From Octopus sinensis (lineage: Eukaryota), in the NCBI RefSeq assembly GCF_006345805.1, contig NW_021834522.1, positions 1 through 47,877 on the forward strand: a DNA stretch of 47,877 nucleotides, given 5' to 3'. Positions 1-11,588 of this stretch are shown piece after piece. Position 1 is the stretch's first letter; every line of letters begins with the position of its first letter. Both the position numbers and the translations under genes were made by a program. Below the pieces are notes generated by a model, which saw nothing but the letters and a program-made list of their open reading frames with translations, was not told the origin of the DNA and made no database searches.

Positions 1-72
1 ATGATTTCATTTGAATGAAACAGTTCTATCCCTGTAGAGTCTCCTTCTCTAAAATAAATATATATATGATAT

Positions 73-112
<40 letters not shown>

Positions 113-275
113 CTATTAATATACACACATTATTATATATGCATATATACGCATATATATATATGTATATATAATATTTATATATATGCAGGAATGAACG
201 GGAGAGAGAGAGAGGTTAGACCATACAGTAAATAAGGTACTCAATACATAGCAGAGTAAATTTAATTTATTTTAT

Positions 276-387
276 AGAAGGAGCTTCTACAGGACTAAAC
301 TGTTTCATTCAAATGAAATCATCAGGAAGCTAGGTGTGAAGATGATTTCATTTGAATGAAACATTCTAGTACTGTAGAAGCTCTTCT
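276..387. repeat. ~47-bp inverted repeat (arms 276-323 and 341-387, 17-nt spacer) carrying the HHR; a third copy of the arm lies at 1-50
   Basis: agaaggagcttctacaggactaaactgtttcattcaaatgaaatcatc versus the reverse complement of gatgatttcatttgaatgaaacattctagtactgtagaagctcttct; few mismatches. Confidence 0.9.
282..331 (-). ncRNA. Type-I hammerhead ribozyme motif (GUA cleavage triplet) in PLE-like terminal repeat
   Basis: Minus strand reads AGCTTC-CTGATGA-TTTCATTTGAAT-GAA-ACAG-TTTAGTC-CTGT-A-GAAGCT: 6-bp helix I, intact CUGAUGA and GAAA core, 4-bp helix III, weak helix II. Predicted cut between 288 and 287. Confidence 0.7.
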
Positions 388-395
388 TAAAATAA

Positions 396-461
<66 letters not shown>

Positions 462-777
462 ATATATATATATATACCATTTTATATTTATATGCATTGT
501 ACGCAACATATATGTGTATGTAATATAATATTTATGTATATGCAAGTGAATGAACGGGAGAGAGAGAGAGAGTGAGAGAAAGCGATAGAGAGATAGAGAA
601 AGAGAGAGATAAAGAGAAACAGAGATATATAGAGAAACTATGTATTCTAATCGCAAGCCCTGTTCCTTCTTTTATAATGTCTTCGCTACGAATGCTTCTT
701 TCTTACGTGACAATATAAAGAAAACCACCTCGTCAAATAACAACAACAACAACAACAACAACAATAACAACAACAAC

Positions 778-808
<31 letters not shown>

Positions 809-1898
809 TAACAAAACCCCAAAATGTAAAAATATATAAATTAGGCCAAAAATGTAAGAAAATAATTTGACTCAGTTTGGGGAAAATTATATTAGTTCTT
901 GAAAGAAAAGATTTATAGGAAAGGAGAACCAATGTGGGGTGGGTACATAAGGGACAGCGGAGCGATCAAGTGGTCACAAGAGGCCCCGAGGATGTATCGG
1001 AGTTGGAGGCGGAAGTTGAAGTCACTGGGATTCGAACAGATCAAGAATCGGCGGTTGCGAGAGAGGGAGAGGATGTGTGTGTGTGTGTGCGTGTGTATGC
1101 GTTTGTGTGTGTATGTGTTTGTGTGTGTATGTGTTTGTGTGTGTATGTGTGTGTGCGTGTGCGTGCGTGCAAAAGAAAGGGGAACAGAAAGGAAAAAGGA
1201 AGAATTGTATGATGGCGGTGGGTGTTTGTGTGATGCAACGATCTGAGTTTAAGTGAAGGACCATATACATTAGGTTGTTTCATTCTGTTGTTAAATGGCA
1301 TTTCACGAGATGAGACAAGACGAGAAGAGACGAGATGACACAGAGAGCTGGCCTTCAACAATAGCAGTCTAATTTGTTTTCCCTGAAGTGCTATGTTGTA
1401 GTACACACTCACAGGCACACACACACGCGCTCACACACTTATGCACACATATTCGTATGTTGCGTATATGTGTATGTGTGTGTGTCTCTCTCTCTTTCTC
1501 TCTCTGTATGTGTAGATGTATATACATGTGGACACATAGATTGATGAAAAGTGAAAACATATAGAGACTAGGGGATAAACACGCATAAAGATATAAATAC
1601 ATGAACACACACCTACAAACATAATCACACATACACTCAGAAAGAAATACGCGAGTGCGCGCACACACGCACATATGCACAGATTTACAGAGTAAAATAT
1701 GAATATATAAACAGATAGATAGACATAACATACAAATATTTCGACAGATAAATTTAAAGACACAAGATAGTTGAACAGAGAAAAAGACAGGTGAATAGAC
1801 AGAAAGATTGAAGATAGATATATCGATTGATGATATATAGACAGATAGGATACTTAGGATTGATAGATTCATAGACAAATAAAAGGACCAATAAGTGC

Positions 1899-1950
<52 letters not shown>

Positions 1951-1966
1951 TGTGAAAATAATAAAT

Positions 1967-3088
1967 TTTCATACCGGTGGCTAGCATGCGTAATAAAGTC
2001 AATAGACTACATATTTTCATATATAATAGTGCACAAACAATCTACGTATTTATACACGAAAGAAGTGACCTTTAACAGGATAATTTACATGTTAGAAAGG
2101 GCAGTTAAAGCCCAAACCACGAATAAGTGCAATTTCAAAGGCAACTCGAGTTTCTGTATCAATCTGCAAAATAAATTAATTTGCCATCCGTACTTTTTCA
2201 GTGAGGGTGCTAAAATTAATGCATATTTATGCAGCATATAGCACCGAAAATACACGTGCCACATACTTATACATTATAATTTTCACATCCACCTTTTAAG
2301 GTCACCTCTTTCGTGTATAAATTCGTAAATTGTTTGTACACTAATATTTATGAAAATATGTTGTCTATTGACTTTATTACACATGCTAGCCACCAGTATG
2401 AAATTAAAAAAAAAATGTTCTACCCTTATTATTTTCACAGCAAAAGTTTCGTAGTTTCGAAGCCTTTCTGGTATGTAGTTTAAATTTTTTATTATTATTT
2501 GCTACCGAATGTAACTGCGCTTGCGCTGTGGATTTGAAAATTATGATGTATAAGTATGTAGCACGTATATTTTCGGTGCTATTTGCTGCATAAAAGAAAT
2601 GGTTGGTGGGAGAAGCAAACAACGCCCGCCAATTGTTACATTCTCGAAAACATTGTTTTTTTTAGAAAACAAAACAAAATGAGGAATTAAAGCTCTTGCC
2701 TCAGTTCAATAATAATTGACGTAATCGTCTTTACAAATTGAGGCGCTGAGCCTCTTACTAAGGAATACAAACAATATAAACAATAAAAATTGAGGCACTT
2801 ATCCTTTCTCCCCGACCAGGCCATATGCCTCCTGCAGGCAATCCTGTAGCTCCAGGCCGGTGCGCCAAAAGGCAAACCTATACTGGTTAATGCATTAATT
2901 TTAGCGCCCTCACTGAAGAAGTACGGATGGCAAATTAATTCATTTTGCACATTGATACAGAAACTCGAGTTTTAGCTACTAAAGTATTTTTTATTTTCAT
3001 TGCCTTTGAAATTGGTCTTATTCGTGGTTTGAGCTTTAACTGGCCTTTCTAGCATGTATATACGTGTATAAATACGTAAATTGTTTGT
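1967..3088. repeat. Mosaic inverted-repeat element (arms 1967-2075/2295-2403; interior pieces are inverted copies of 2535-2593, 2891-2970 and 3000-3058)
   Basis: Direct reverse-complement matches, e.g. ctcgagtttctgtatcaat...aaaattaatgcat at ~2145-2224 versus 2891-2970. Flanked by (TA)n. Family unassigned, possibly PLE-derived. Confidence 0.7.
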
Positions 3089-3106
3089 AAACTATTATAT
3101 ATATAG

Positions 3107-3145
<39 letters not shown>

Positions 3146-3174
3146 TGTGTGTGTCTGTGTATGTGTGTCTGTGT

Positions 3175-3375
3175 GTCTGTGTGTGTTTGTGTTTGCACCC
3201 TCGCCATCGCTTGACAACCGATGTTGGTGTGCTTATATACCCATAAATTATCAGTTTGGCAAAAGAGACCGATATAATAAGTTTACAAAGAATAAGTCTT
3301 GGGGTTGATTCCTTCAACTGAAAAAAATCTCTTTAAGGTGGTGCTCCATCATAGAACAAGTAAAAGAATAAAAAT
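3175..3375 (+). mobile_element. SINE family A, 3' half
   Basis: Matches the 3' half of the complete copies at 6880-7359 and 38431-38886 (cttgacaaccgatg...aaagagaccgat...ggtgctcca). Confidence 0.75.
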
Positions 3376-3382
3376 AGAAGAT

Positions 3383-3440
<58 letters not shown>

Positions 3441-5349
3441 TATATATATATATATATATATATACAGGTGGTGCTATTAAGTTAGACATGGCCTGGACCA
3501 ATCTCTGGTCGAAACATATCTAAGTTTTATCTAAGTTTTATATATATATTTATATTGAAACAACTTTTGCTCGTACATAAAGGAATTGATAGAGACACAT
3601 ATATACAATACCAACAACAGCCATTCTCATCACCCTTACTTCGCATGGTCGTTTACAAAATCACTATCAACAGCAACCATGAGTACTATCATAATAACCA
3701 AACTAACAAGTGCCACCACCACTACCATCACCACTGCCATCACCGTCACCACCATATCACCAAACATGACCCATCCTGATCATGATCATCATCCTGATCA
3801 TGATCATCATCCTAACTAAGCCTCGTCCTTTCCCTCCTTGAGATGACCACCCTATCCCATCCACTTCAACTTCCCACCGTCCCAATTTTTCAAGCGCTGA
3901 ACAATTCCATTTGTTTTCACTCTGGCTGTGTTTGGAGCTGCAACCAATCGTTTTGTTGTACCAGCAATCGAGAATTGTCTGTTTCCTCCACTTTTTTTGT
4001 ATTTCTTATTTGGGAAATAAGTACTGATATGGTTAGAACTGTCACATATGCATTAGTTAGATTTTCTGCTCTGCTAATCGTCCAGGTTATAGAATAAATG
4101 TCCGAGAATACCCGGAGGTGTCCAGGGATCAGCACCAATGAGTGGGTCCCATCATCTCATGGGCAGGTGTGTAACTTACACGGGCTGTAAAGCCTTCTAG
4201 AACCATCTTTAGCATTTCTTTCTCGACGCTCTGCCTCTATTAAACATCAACAAGGGCGTCGTCCTATTGTCCTTCAAGTGGGCATATAAATTTTCGTGTC
4301 CATGTTTTCAAAAGCAGAGTTATGCTACTTTTCTCCGTAATCTTCCCTTGGTAAATTCTTCGAGCAAGAAGGCAATTATTTTGTGAATATCTCTTTTATA
4401 TTCCTTTTATATTTACCACGAATCTCACCTAATGCAATTTTATGTTTTGTAACACATCCAAAAGATGAGTTACTGTTATTATATGTGAGGTTTATATCGT
4501 CATCGTTTGAATTTTATTTCCGTAACGTTATTCTTTTGTGTATCACAAATTGTAACCGTTTGTACTTCTGTCTCTATTTAATTCTATTTTTTGTCCTGCG
4601 TTATTTTGTACGGTTGTCATATTCACTGCTACGATTCCTGTGATTAGCACCTCCTCCTGCTACTAAGAGAGGTGGCCGTATCCAACCATACTAAACAAAG
4701 TAAAATGGATGTTTGTGTAAAAATGTATATACACAATAAAATGGTTAAGGATAAACCGTTTTTGCCAACTAAGGTTATAGAAGGATGTTTAAATATTCCG
4801 AAACTCTTTGTGGGTGAATGAAAATATAAATAAACATAAAATTTTCCCCAAAAGTAATACTGCAGAGAATCATTTGCTGAGCTGAGTTGTGTAAACGCGT
4901 ACATCCATGGCTAGTAACAACTATAACAACATCACCACCACTACCACCACCTCCTCCACCACCACCATCATCAACATCAACAACAACAATAATCACAGCA
5001 ACAACAACAACAGTATTTATATTGCTAATAATGATGGTGGCGGTGATATTGATGATATTGATGATGATAATGATGGTAATAATAAAGAAAGGATAATGAC
5101 AATAATAATGACGGTCATGATGTCAAGAGAAATATAACAATGAAATAAACCGCTGAAGGAAATGAGCATCGGTCATATTGTACAGGCAATTTACACGCTA
5201 TTGTTAATTAATGCGCTATTAGCGGTCTTTTACACTGGCGTCTGCGTCTGAATGAATACCCCAAAGGGCAGTAAAACATGGGACACTGAATTGAAGCAGA
5301 AAAATAAATAAATAAATGAATAAATGAATAAATAATAATAATAATAATG

Positions 5350-5397
<48 letters not shown>

Positions 5398-5419
5398 TTG
5401 TTATTATTATTATTATTAC

Positions 5420-5453
<34 letters not shown>

Positions 5454-5561
5454 GCTATGAGGGTGATGAGGGAGGAGATATTACTGGAACAGTAGTTGTG
5501 AAGGCTAATAATAATAATGATAGTAACAACAACAACAACAACAATAATAATAATAATGATA

Positions 5562-5722
5562 GGCGCAGGCGTGGCTGTGTGGTAAGAAGCTTGCTTCCCA
5601 ACCACAAGGTTCCGGGTTCAGTCTCACTGCGTGGCACCTTGGGCAAGTGTCTTCTACTGTAGCTTCGGATGACCAAAGCCTTATCAGTGGATTTGGTAGA
5701 CGAAAACTGAAATAGCCTGTCG
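5562..5722 (+). mobile_element. tRNA-derived SINE family A, head
   Basis: ggcgcaggcgtggctgtgtggtaag (A-box-like) and ggttcagtctc (B-box-like); many related copies in the window. Confidence 0.85.
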
Positions 5723-5740
5723 TATATATATATTATTATA

Positions 5741-5810
<70 letters not shown>

Positions 5811-5812
<2 letters not shown>

Positions 5813-6310
5813 CGGGAAGCTTTATGAAAATAGACAAAAGACGAAGGCAGTTTTACGGAAATAAACAAAAGACAAAGGCAGGTGGAATACAAACAAATAA
5901 TTGTATTAGTATGGCGCTCAGGAAATATAAATAAAACAAGTCTTTAACGTTTCGAGCCTACGCTCTTCAACAGAAAGATACACAGAGAAAAAAACACAGA
6001 AAGAAGGAGAGAACAAAAAATATGCGTGCAGAGGCTAGCGAATCAACATGGCGATCTGATTTCGGCCAGAAGTCAAAGATCAAACGTGAGACGCAAGAGC
6101 GAAATTAAGGGAGATAATAGGGTTAAATGACCTCGCTCCAACATAAGAGTGTGTGTGTGTGTGTGTGTATGAGAAGAGTGTGTGTGTGTGTATGAGAGAG
6201 TATTAGTGCGTATGAGAGGTCTGGACGTGTGTATGTATATATGATGTGATGTGTAAAGTCGTATGGTGTAACGTAGAGAGAGGAGATGAGGGAAGAGGGG
6301 GAGGTAAGGG
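5811..6310 (-). mobile_element. Non-autonomous PLE terminal (pLTR-like) fragment with HHR
   Basis: Flanked by (TA)n; shares cgctcaggaaa and gtttcgag...tca-cag with the terminus of the PLE at 15400-15670; contains the HHR motif at 5941-5978. Confidence 0.65.
5941..5978 (-). ncRNA. Minimal type-I hammerhead motif, degenerate (A6U), extra A after A9
   Basis: TCTTT-CTGTTGA-A-GAG-CGTAGG-CTC-GAAAC-GT-T-AAAGA: 5-bp helix I, 3-bp helix II, palindromic ACGT helix III. Confidence 0.6.
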
Positions 6311-6627
6311 GGTATATATACATATATATATATGTATATATATATGAATATATATATATATATATATATATATTCATATATATATACATATATATATATA
6401 TACGCCCCTTACCTCCCCTCTTCCCTCATCTCCTGTCTCTACACTACACCATACGACTTTACACATCACATCATATATACATACACACGTCCAGACCTCT
6501 CATACGCACTAATACTCTCTCATACACACACACACACTCTTCTCATACACACACACATACTCTTATGTTGGAGCGAGATCATTTAACCCTATTATCTCCC
6601 CTAATTTCGCTCTTGCGTCTCACGTTT
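6082..6627. repeat. ~545-bp near-perfect palindrome (arms 6082-6310/6405-6627, palindromic TA-rich centre)
   Basis: Reverse-complement match along the whole arm with only a handful of substitutions; microsatellite lengths differ slightly. Confidence 0.95.
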
Positions 6628-6633
6628 ATATAT

Positions 6634-6660
<27 letters not shown>

Positions 6661-6665
<5 letters not shown>

Positions 6666-6860
6666 CAAATAAATGAAAGACTGGAGTTGAACAACGAATT
6701 AACAAAATTCCTTTATTTTCGACATATGTTTCGAAGGCTGCATTATGCCGCCTTCTCATCAGGAAAAACAAGGAACTTATGTCAGTATCAAGATGCACAA
6801 AAACTTTTAGATGACTGCCCACACGGAGCCCATAGCGATAATCACGGAGCCCATAGCGAT
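6661..6860 (-). mobile_element. ~200-bp mini element (solo pLTR-like) in a (TA)n tract, containing a canonical HHR and a 21-bp tandem duplication
   Basis: Unique sequence bounded by (TA)n on both sides; cacggagcccatagcgat occurs twice at ~6820-6860; HHR at 6708-6775. Confidence 0.65.
6708..6775 (-). ncRNA. Canonical type-I hammerhead ribozyme (GUC)
   Basis: TTCCTT-GT-TTTTC-CTGATGA-GAAGGC-GGCATAATGCA-GCCTTC-GAAAC-ATAT-GTC/GAAAA-TA-AAGGAA: all core nucleotides intact, 6-bp helix II, 5+6-bp helix I, palindromic ACATATGT helix III. Predicted cut between 6721 and 6720. Confidence 0.92.
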
Positions 6861-6879
6861 ATATATATATATATATATA

Positions 6880-7083
6880 TACTCTTTTACTCTTTTACTT
6901 GTTTCAGTCATTTGACTGCGGCCATGCTGGAGCACCGCCTTTAGTCGAGCAAATCGACCCCGGGACTTATTCTTGTAAGCCAGTACTTATTCTACCGGTC
7001 TCTTTTGCCGACGGGGACGTAAACACAGCAGCATCGGTTGTCAAGCAATGCTAGGGGGACAAACCACACAAACAAACACACAA

Positions 7084-7139
<56 letters not shown>

Positions 7140-7359
7140 TATATATATATATATATATTATATATATAATATATATTACATATACATACATATATACGAC
7201 AGGCTTCTTTCAGTTTCCGTCTACCAAATCCACTCACAAGGCATTGGTCGGCCCGAGGCTATAGCAGAAGACACCTGCCCAAGATGCCACGCAGTGGGAC
7301 TGAACCCGGAACCATGTGGTTGGTTAGCAAGCTACTTACCACACAGTCACTCCTACGCC
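6880..7359 (-). mobile_element. Full-length tRNA-derived SINE family A
   Basis: tRNA-like head at 7359, internal (TA)/(CA) tract, 3' tail (aaagagt)n; matches 38431-38886. Confidence 0.9.
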
Positions 7360-7415
<56 letters not shown>

Positions 7416-7419
7416 TGTT

Positions 7420-7636
7420 ATGTATGCATGTATTTGTTGTTTTTGTGTGTTTTTGTCCCCACCACCATCGCTTCACAACCGATGTTGGTGTATTTAGGTC
7501 CCCGTAACTTAGCTGTTTGGCAAAAGAGACTGATGGTATAAGTACTAGACTTACTAAGAATAAGTCCCGGGGTTCATTTGTTCGACTAAAGACTGCTCCA
7601 GTATGGCCACAGTCAAATGACTGAAAAAATAAAAGA

Positions 7637-7637
<1 letters not shown>
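7420..7637 (+). mobile_element. SINE family A, 3' half
   Basis: Same 3' domain ending cagtcaaatgactgaaa, followed by (AAT)n. Confidence 0.75.
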
Positions 7638-7693
<56 letters not shown>

Positions 7694-8123
7694 TAATAAT
7701 AATAATAATCATTACCATCATCTTAACTATGTGTATTATATTTTAGTGACTAAACAACAGAATGTCATGGCTGAGGGTTTGTTGACGATGAGGGGCGATT
7801 TATTTTCTCCGAGATTGGAGTTCAGAAGTTACACTTCCTGACAAAGCATCAATTATGAAGATATTAAAACGCGACAGTGATGTTGTTTTTTCTTTATGTT
7901 TTTGTTTAGACTTTTTGTTTATGTATTATTATGTTTATTTATTATTATTTTGGTCTCTAGTCCAGAAATAAAAGAAATTGGCGTTCGATCGTTTCTAAAT
8001 AATAATAATAATAATAATACTAATAAGCAATGATACATCTCTGAACGAGATGTAAACAGTAACCGCTCGACAACGTAAAGTATACAAGCCATCTCAACAT
8101 GGCTAACCACTAAGGGTGGGTGT

Positions 8124-8188
<65 letters not shown>

Positions 8189-8204
8189 ATAATAATAATA
8201 ATAC

Positions 8205-8840
8205 TCCTTTGTATTAGAGGCACAAGGCCTGTTTTTTGGGGGTTTAAGTCAATTACATAAACCCCAGTGCTCAACTGGACTTTATTTTATCGATCCCGAA
8301 AGGATGAAAGGCAAAGTCGAAGAGACGGACGAAATACTGCTAGGTATTTATCCCGACGCGGTAGCGACTCTGTCAGCTCGCGAATAACGATAATAACAAT
8401 ACTAGTAATAATAAACACCAGGACTTACGAATGCATATATCAAGCAGAAAATAGAACTACTAGGCACCACACATATCCTACGTAAAGCACTTTCAATACA
8501 GTGAAAATAAGAGTACCACAACAAACCACAGCACATACTCAAGGCACTCACAGCTACGCTCGGTAGTGCAGTGAAAGCACATGATTAAAATAAGACTACT
8601 GAATAATAATAACAGCAATAATAATGATTTAATATTTTGACACAAGGCCAGCAAGTACGGAGGATGGGTAAGTCGGTTACATCGACTCCAGTACTCAACT
8701 AGCACTTATTTTATTGACCCCGAAAAGAGGAAAGGCAAAGTCAACCTCGGCGGAATTTGAACTCAGAACATGGAGACGGGTGAAATGCCGCTAAGCATTT
8801 TGTCTGGCGCATTAACGATTCTACCAGCTCACTGCCTTAA
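8205..8840 (-). mobile_element. Two copies of tRNA-derived SINE family B (8205-8385 and 8625-8840)
   Basis: Reverse complement of ggcgagctggcagaa...gttcaaattccgccgaggtcgactttgcctttcatcc, seen intact at 36905-37128. Confidence 0.8.
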
Positions 8841-8951
8841 TAACAACAACAAGTAAAAGAATAAGAATATCTTCCTCAAACTTTGGCACAAGCCCATCAG
8901 TTTTTGGAGAAGAGTGTTAGTCGATTATATCGATCCAAGTATATTATCCGT

Positions 8952-9203
8952 GGAGGCGCGTGGCTTAGTGGTTAGTGTCAGCATCATGATCGTAGGATTT
9001 GTGGTTTCGATTCCTGGACAAGGCGACGCGTTGTGTTCTTGGGTAAAACACTTCATTTCACGTTGCTCCAGTCCACTCAGCTGGCAAAAAGGAGTAACGC
9101 TGCGATGGACTGGCGTCCCGTCCAGCTGGGGAACACATACGCCATAGAAACAAGGAAACCGGGCGCATGAGCCTGGCTAGGCTTTAAAAGGGCGCATTTA
9201 TTT
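8952..9203 (+). mobile_element. tRNA-derived SINE family C
   Basis: A box tggcttagtgg, B box ggtttcgattcc, central ttgtgttcttgggtaaaacacttc and tgcgatggactggcgtcccgtccag blocks of the kind conserved in metazoan SINE superfamilies; superfamily not assigned. Confidence 0.8.
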
Positions 9204-9204
9204 T

Positions 9205-9590
9205 ATTTTATATTATCAACCCTGAAGGAATGAAAGGCTAATTTGGCTATGGCGATATCTGAACTCATAATGTAGAAAGCTAATAGAAATAACTCATGGC
9301 ACTTTGTTCGATGCGCTAACGATTCGTCAAAATGAAGAGGACGTTAGGAATTTCTTTACTTGTCCATTAAATTGAAGGCTATACAAGGACAATGCAAATA
9401 CTAAACAAATTAAGCAAGGAAATAGAAACAAAATGAGAGAGAAATGAGAATATATATTCTTTTCTACTCTTGGCTCACGGCCCGAAATTTTTTAGATCGA
9501 CCCCAGTACGTAATTGGTAATTAATTTATCGAACCCGAAAAGATGAAAGGTAGAGTCAACCTCGGCGGAGTTTGAATTCAGAACACGTAA
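9205..9590 (-). mobile_element. SINE family B fragments (two partial copies)
   Basis: gaaagg...caacctcggcggagtttgaattcagaac matches family B in reverse. Confidence 0.65.
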
Positions 9591-9827
9591 ATAGAAATGA
9601 AAATATAGATTAACAAATGGCGGTGCCCCAGCATGGCCACAGCTCATAAGCTGAAACTAGAATCAATCAATCAATCATATATTTTAACATTCATTTTTTA
9701 AATGTCTTGCTTTGAAAAACTGCATTGGGTATGATTACAGAAATTTTTGGTAGTAATGACTTATGTCCCTCTTAGTGTGAGGCATTTATGTGTAATAATG
9801 CCCTCTATATAATATAAATATAGATTA

Positions 9828-9868
<41 letters not shown>

Positions 9869-10047
9869 TGTATATGCAAAAACACACGCATCTATTATAC
9901 GCAAATGAGTCATATTAAATTAAAATAACCATCTATCATCTATATATTATACTTTATATATATATATATATATAATATATATATATATTATTTTATTTTA
10001 TATTTATATATATATATATATGTGTGTTGTATGTATATATATATATA

Positions 10048-11084
10048 CGGGGTGGACAAATAACGGAAACATCTAACATCATAGCATCATAATTTTGAAA
10101 TATCTATAAAACCGTCAAATGCTTGTTTATTTTTATGTTTTGTGATTTAATATTAGTGTTGCTAAATATATTTTGCTAAAATTGCTGTTTCTTTTCAGAT
10201 ACCATCAGAATAAGGTAATTAAAATTCATTAAAATGAGAAATCTATCGGACTTTCAAAGAGTTCAAATTGTTGGTGCTCTTATGACAGGCACTAGCGTAA
10301 CGAAAACAGCTGAAATGTTTGGTGTATCAAGAAGTACTGCCTCCAAAGTAATGACAGCCTTTGAGAAAGAGGGAAAAACCTCTTCGTCAAAAACAAACGT
10401 TGCAAAGCGTTTAGAGTGGAGTAACTACAGAATTGTTCCCTTGATCAGTGGAAAAATGTTATTTTCTCGGACGAGTTATCCTTTACTTTATTTCCAACCA
10501 CCGGCCGCGTATACGTGTGAAGACAGCCTAAAGAAGCATTTGACCCAGACTGTCTTCTTCCAACTGTTAAACATGGAAGGGGATCTGTGATGATCTGGGA
10601 GACTAAATCTTGGAAATCCGCCGGCCCAATGATTTCCCTTCATGGCGGAATTAATAGTCAAGACTATTTAAGCATTTTATCAGATCAAATCCATCGTATG
10701 GTTGCGGAACTGTTTCCGGAGGAAAACACAATCTTTCAGGATGGTAATGCACCAATTCACACAGCTAAATTTGTAACTGAATGGCACGAGGAATATTCTA
10801 GTGGAGTTGAACATCTTATCCGGCCACCACAGTCCCCAGATCTCAATATCATTGAATATTTATGCTGCAATTTAGAAAAACAAGTAAGGAGTCGATATCC
10901 TCTACCATCATCACTACAAGAACTGGAAACTGTTTTAGCTGAAGAATGGGAAAAATTCAAACTTTGTACGAGTCCATACCTCTGAGAATTCAAGCTGTAA
11001 TTACTGCCAAAGGTGGTTCTACACCATATTAAAATTAATTTGTTTGAAATTTTAAGATGTTTCCATTATTTTGTCCAACCCCGG
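10048..11084 (+). mobile_element. Tc1-like DNA transposon, internally deleted, decayed transposase (second-D-to-E spacing 36)
   Basis: TA-flanked ~27-bp TIRs (CGGGGTGGACAAATAACGGAAACATCT / AGATGTTTCCATTATTTTGTCCAACCCCGG). ORFs 10234-10590 (HTH: GVSRSTASKV) and 10587-10985; motifs IFSDE, TVKHG, FQDGNAPIH, PPQSPDLNIIE; frameshifts. Confidence 0.95.
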
Positions 11085-11314
11085 TATATATATATATACA
11101 GTCAAAAATTGTGAAGCATGACTGTCACCACTACTACATGAACCCGAAGATTGCAGAATTTAATGCATGAAGTACTAGTTCAATCAGAATGAACATTTAA
11201 CATTCTACTCTATTATTTTTTTTTTATCTATTATAATATATTATCTTATAATATATCATTATAAGATGGTTATAAAAACGTGAAAATCAGACAAGGTTGG
11301 AATTCCTTTTATTA

Positions 11315-11366
<52 letters not shown>

Positions 11367-11504
11367 ATTATATATATGTACTGTTGATAGGCCGGTTTCT
11401 GTGGAATCGTTCCGAGATAACATTTCTTAAGAACGTGCTCTGTTAAAAATGCCATAAATTTCGGAGATGACAAAAATTTACGCACGCGGGTGTATTTGTA
11501 TATA

Positions 11505-11535
<31 letters not shown>

Positions 11536-11588
11536 GAAAAAACAAGTAAAAAATAGAAAATGCTAAAATAATTTTATAGTGAACATTT

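Noticed and set aside
1027-1037. tRNA B-box GTTCGAATCCC on -
   Set aside because: No A box or cloverleaf upstream. SINE heads elsewhere are tRNA-derived but are not tRNA genes.
2913-2975. CTGAAGA...GAAACTCGAGTT hammerhead-like motif (mirror at ~2146-2200)
   Set aside because: No helix I can be formed and helix II is poor; not counted as an HHR.
3843-4370. Possible retroviral integrase-like hints (GHSGYSRTF, KTNGIVQRL) on -
   Set aside because: Motifs are in different frames with implausible spacing; not supportable without a profile search.
6820-6860. Short direct repeats (also 3772-3813 and 41491-41540) as CRISPR-like arrays
   Set aside because: Only two adjacent units, no unique spacers, eukaryotic context, no cas genes.
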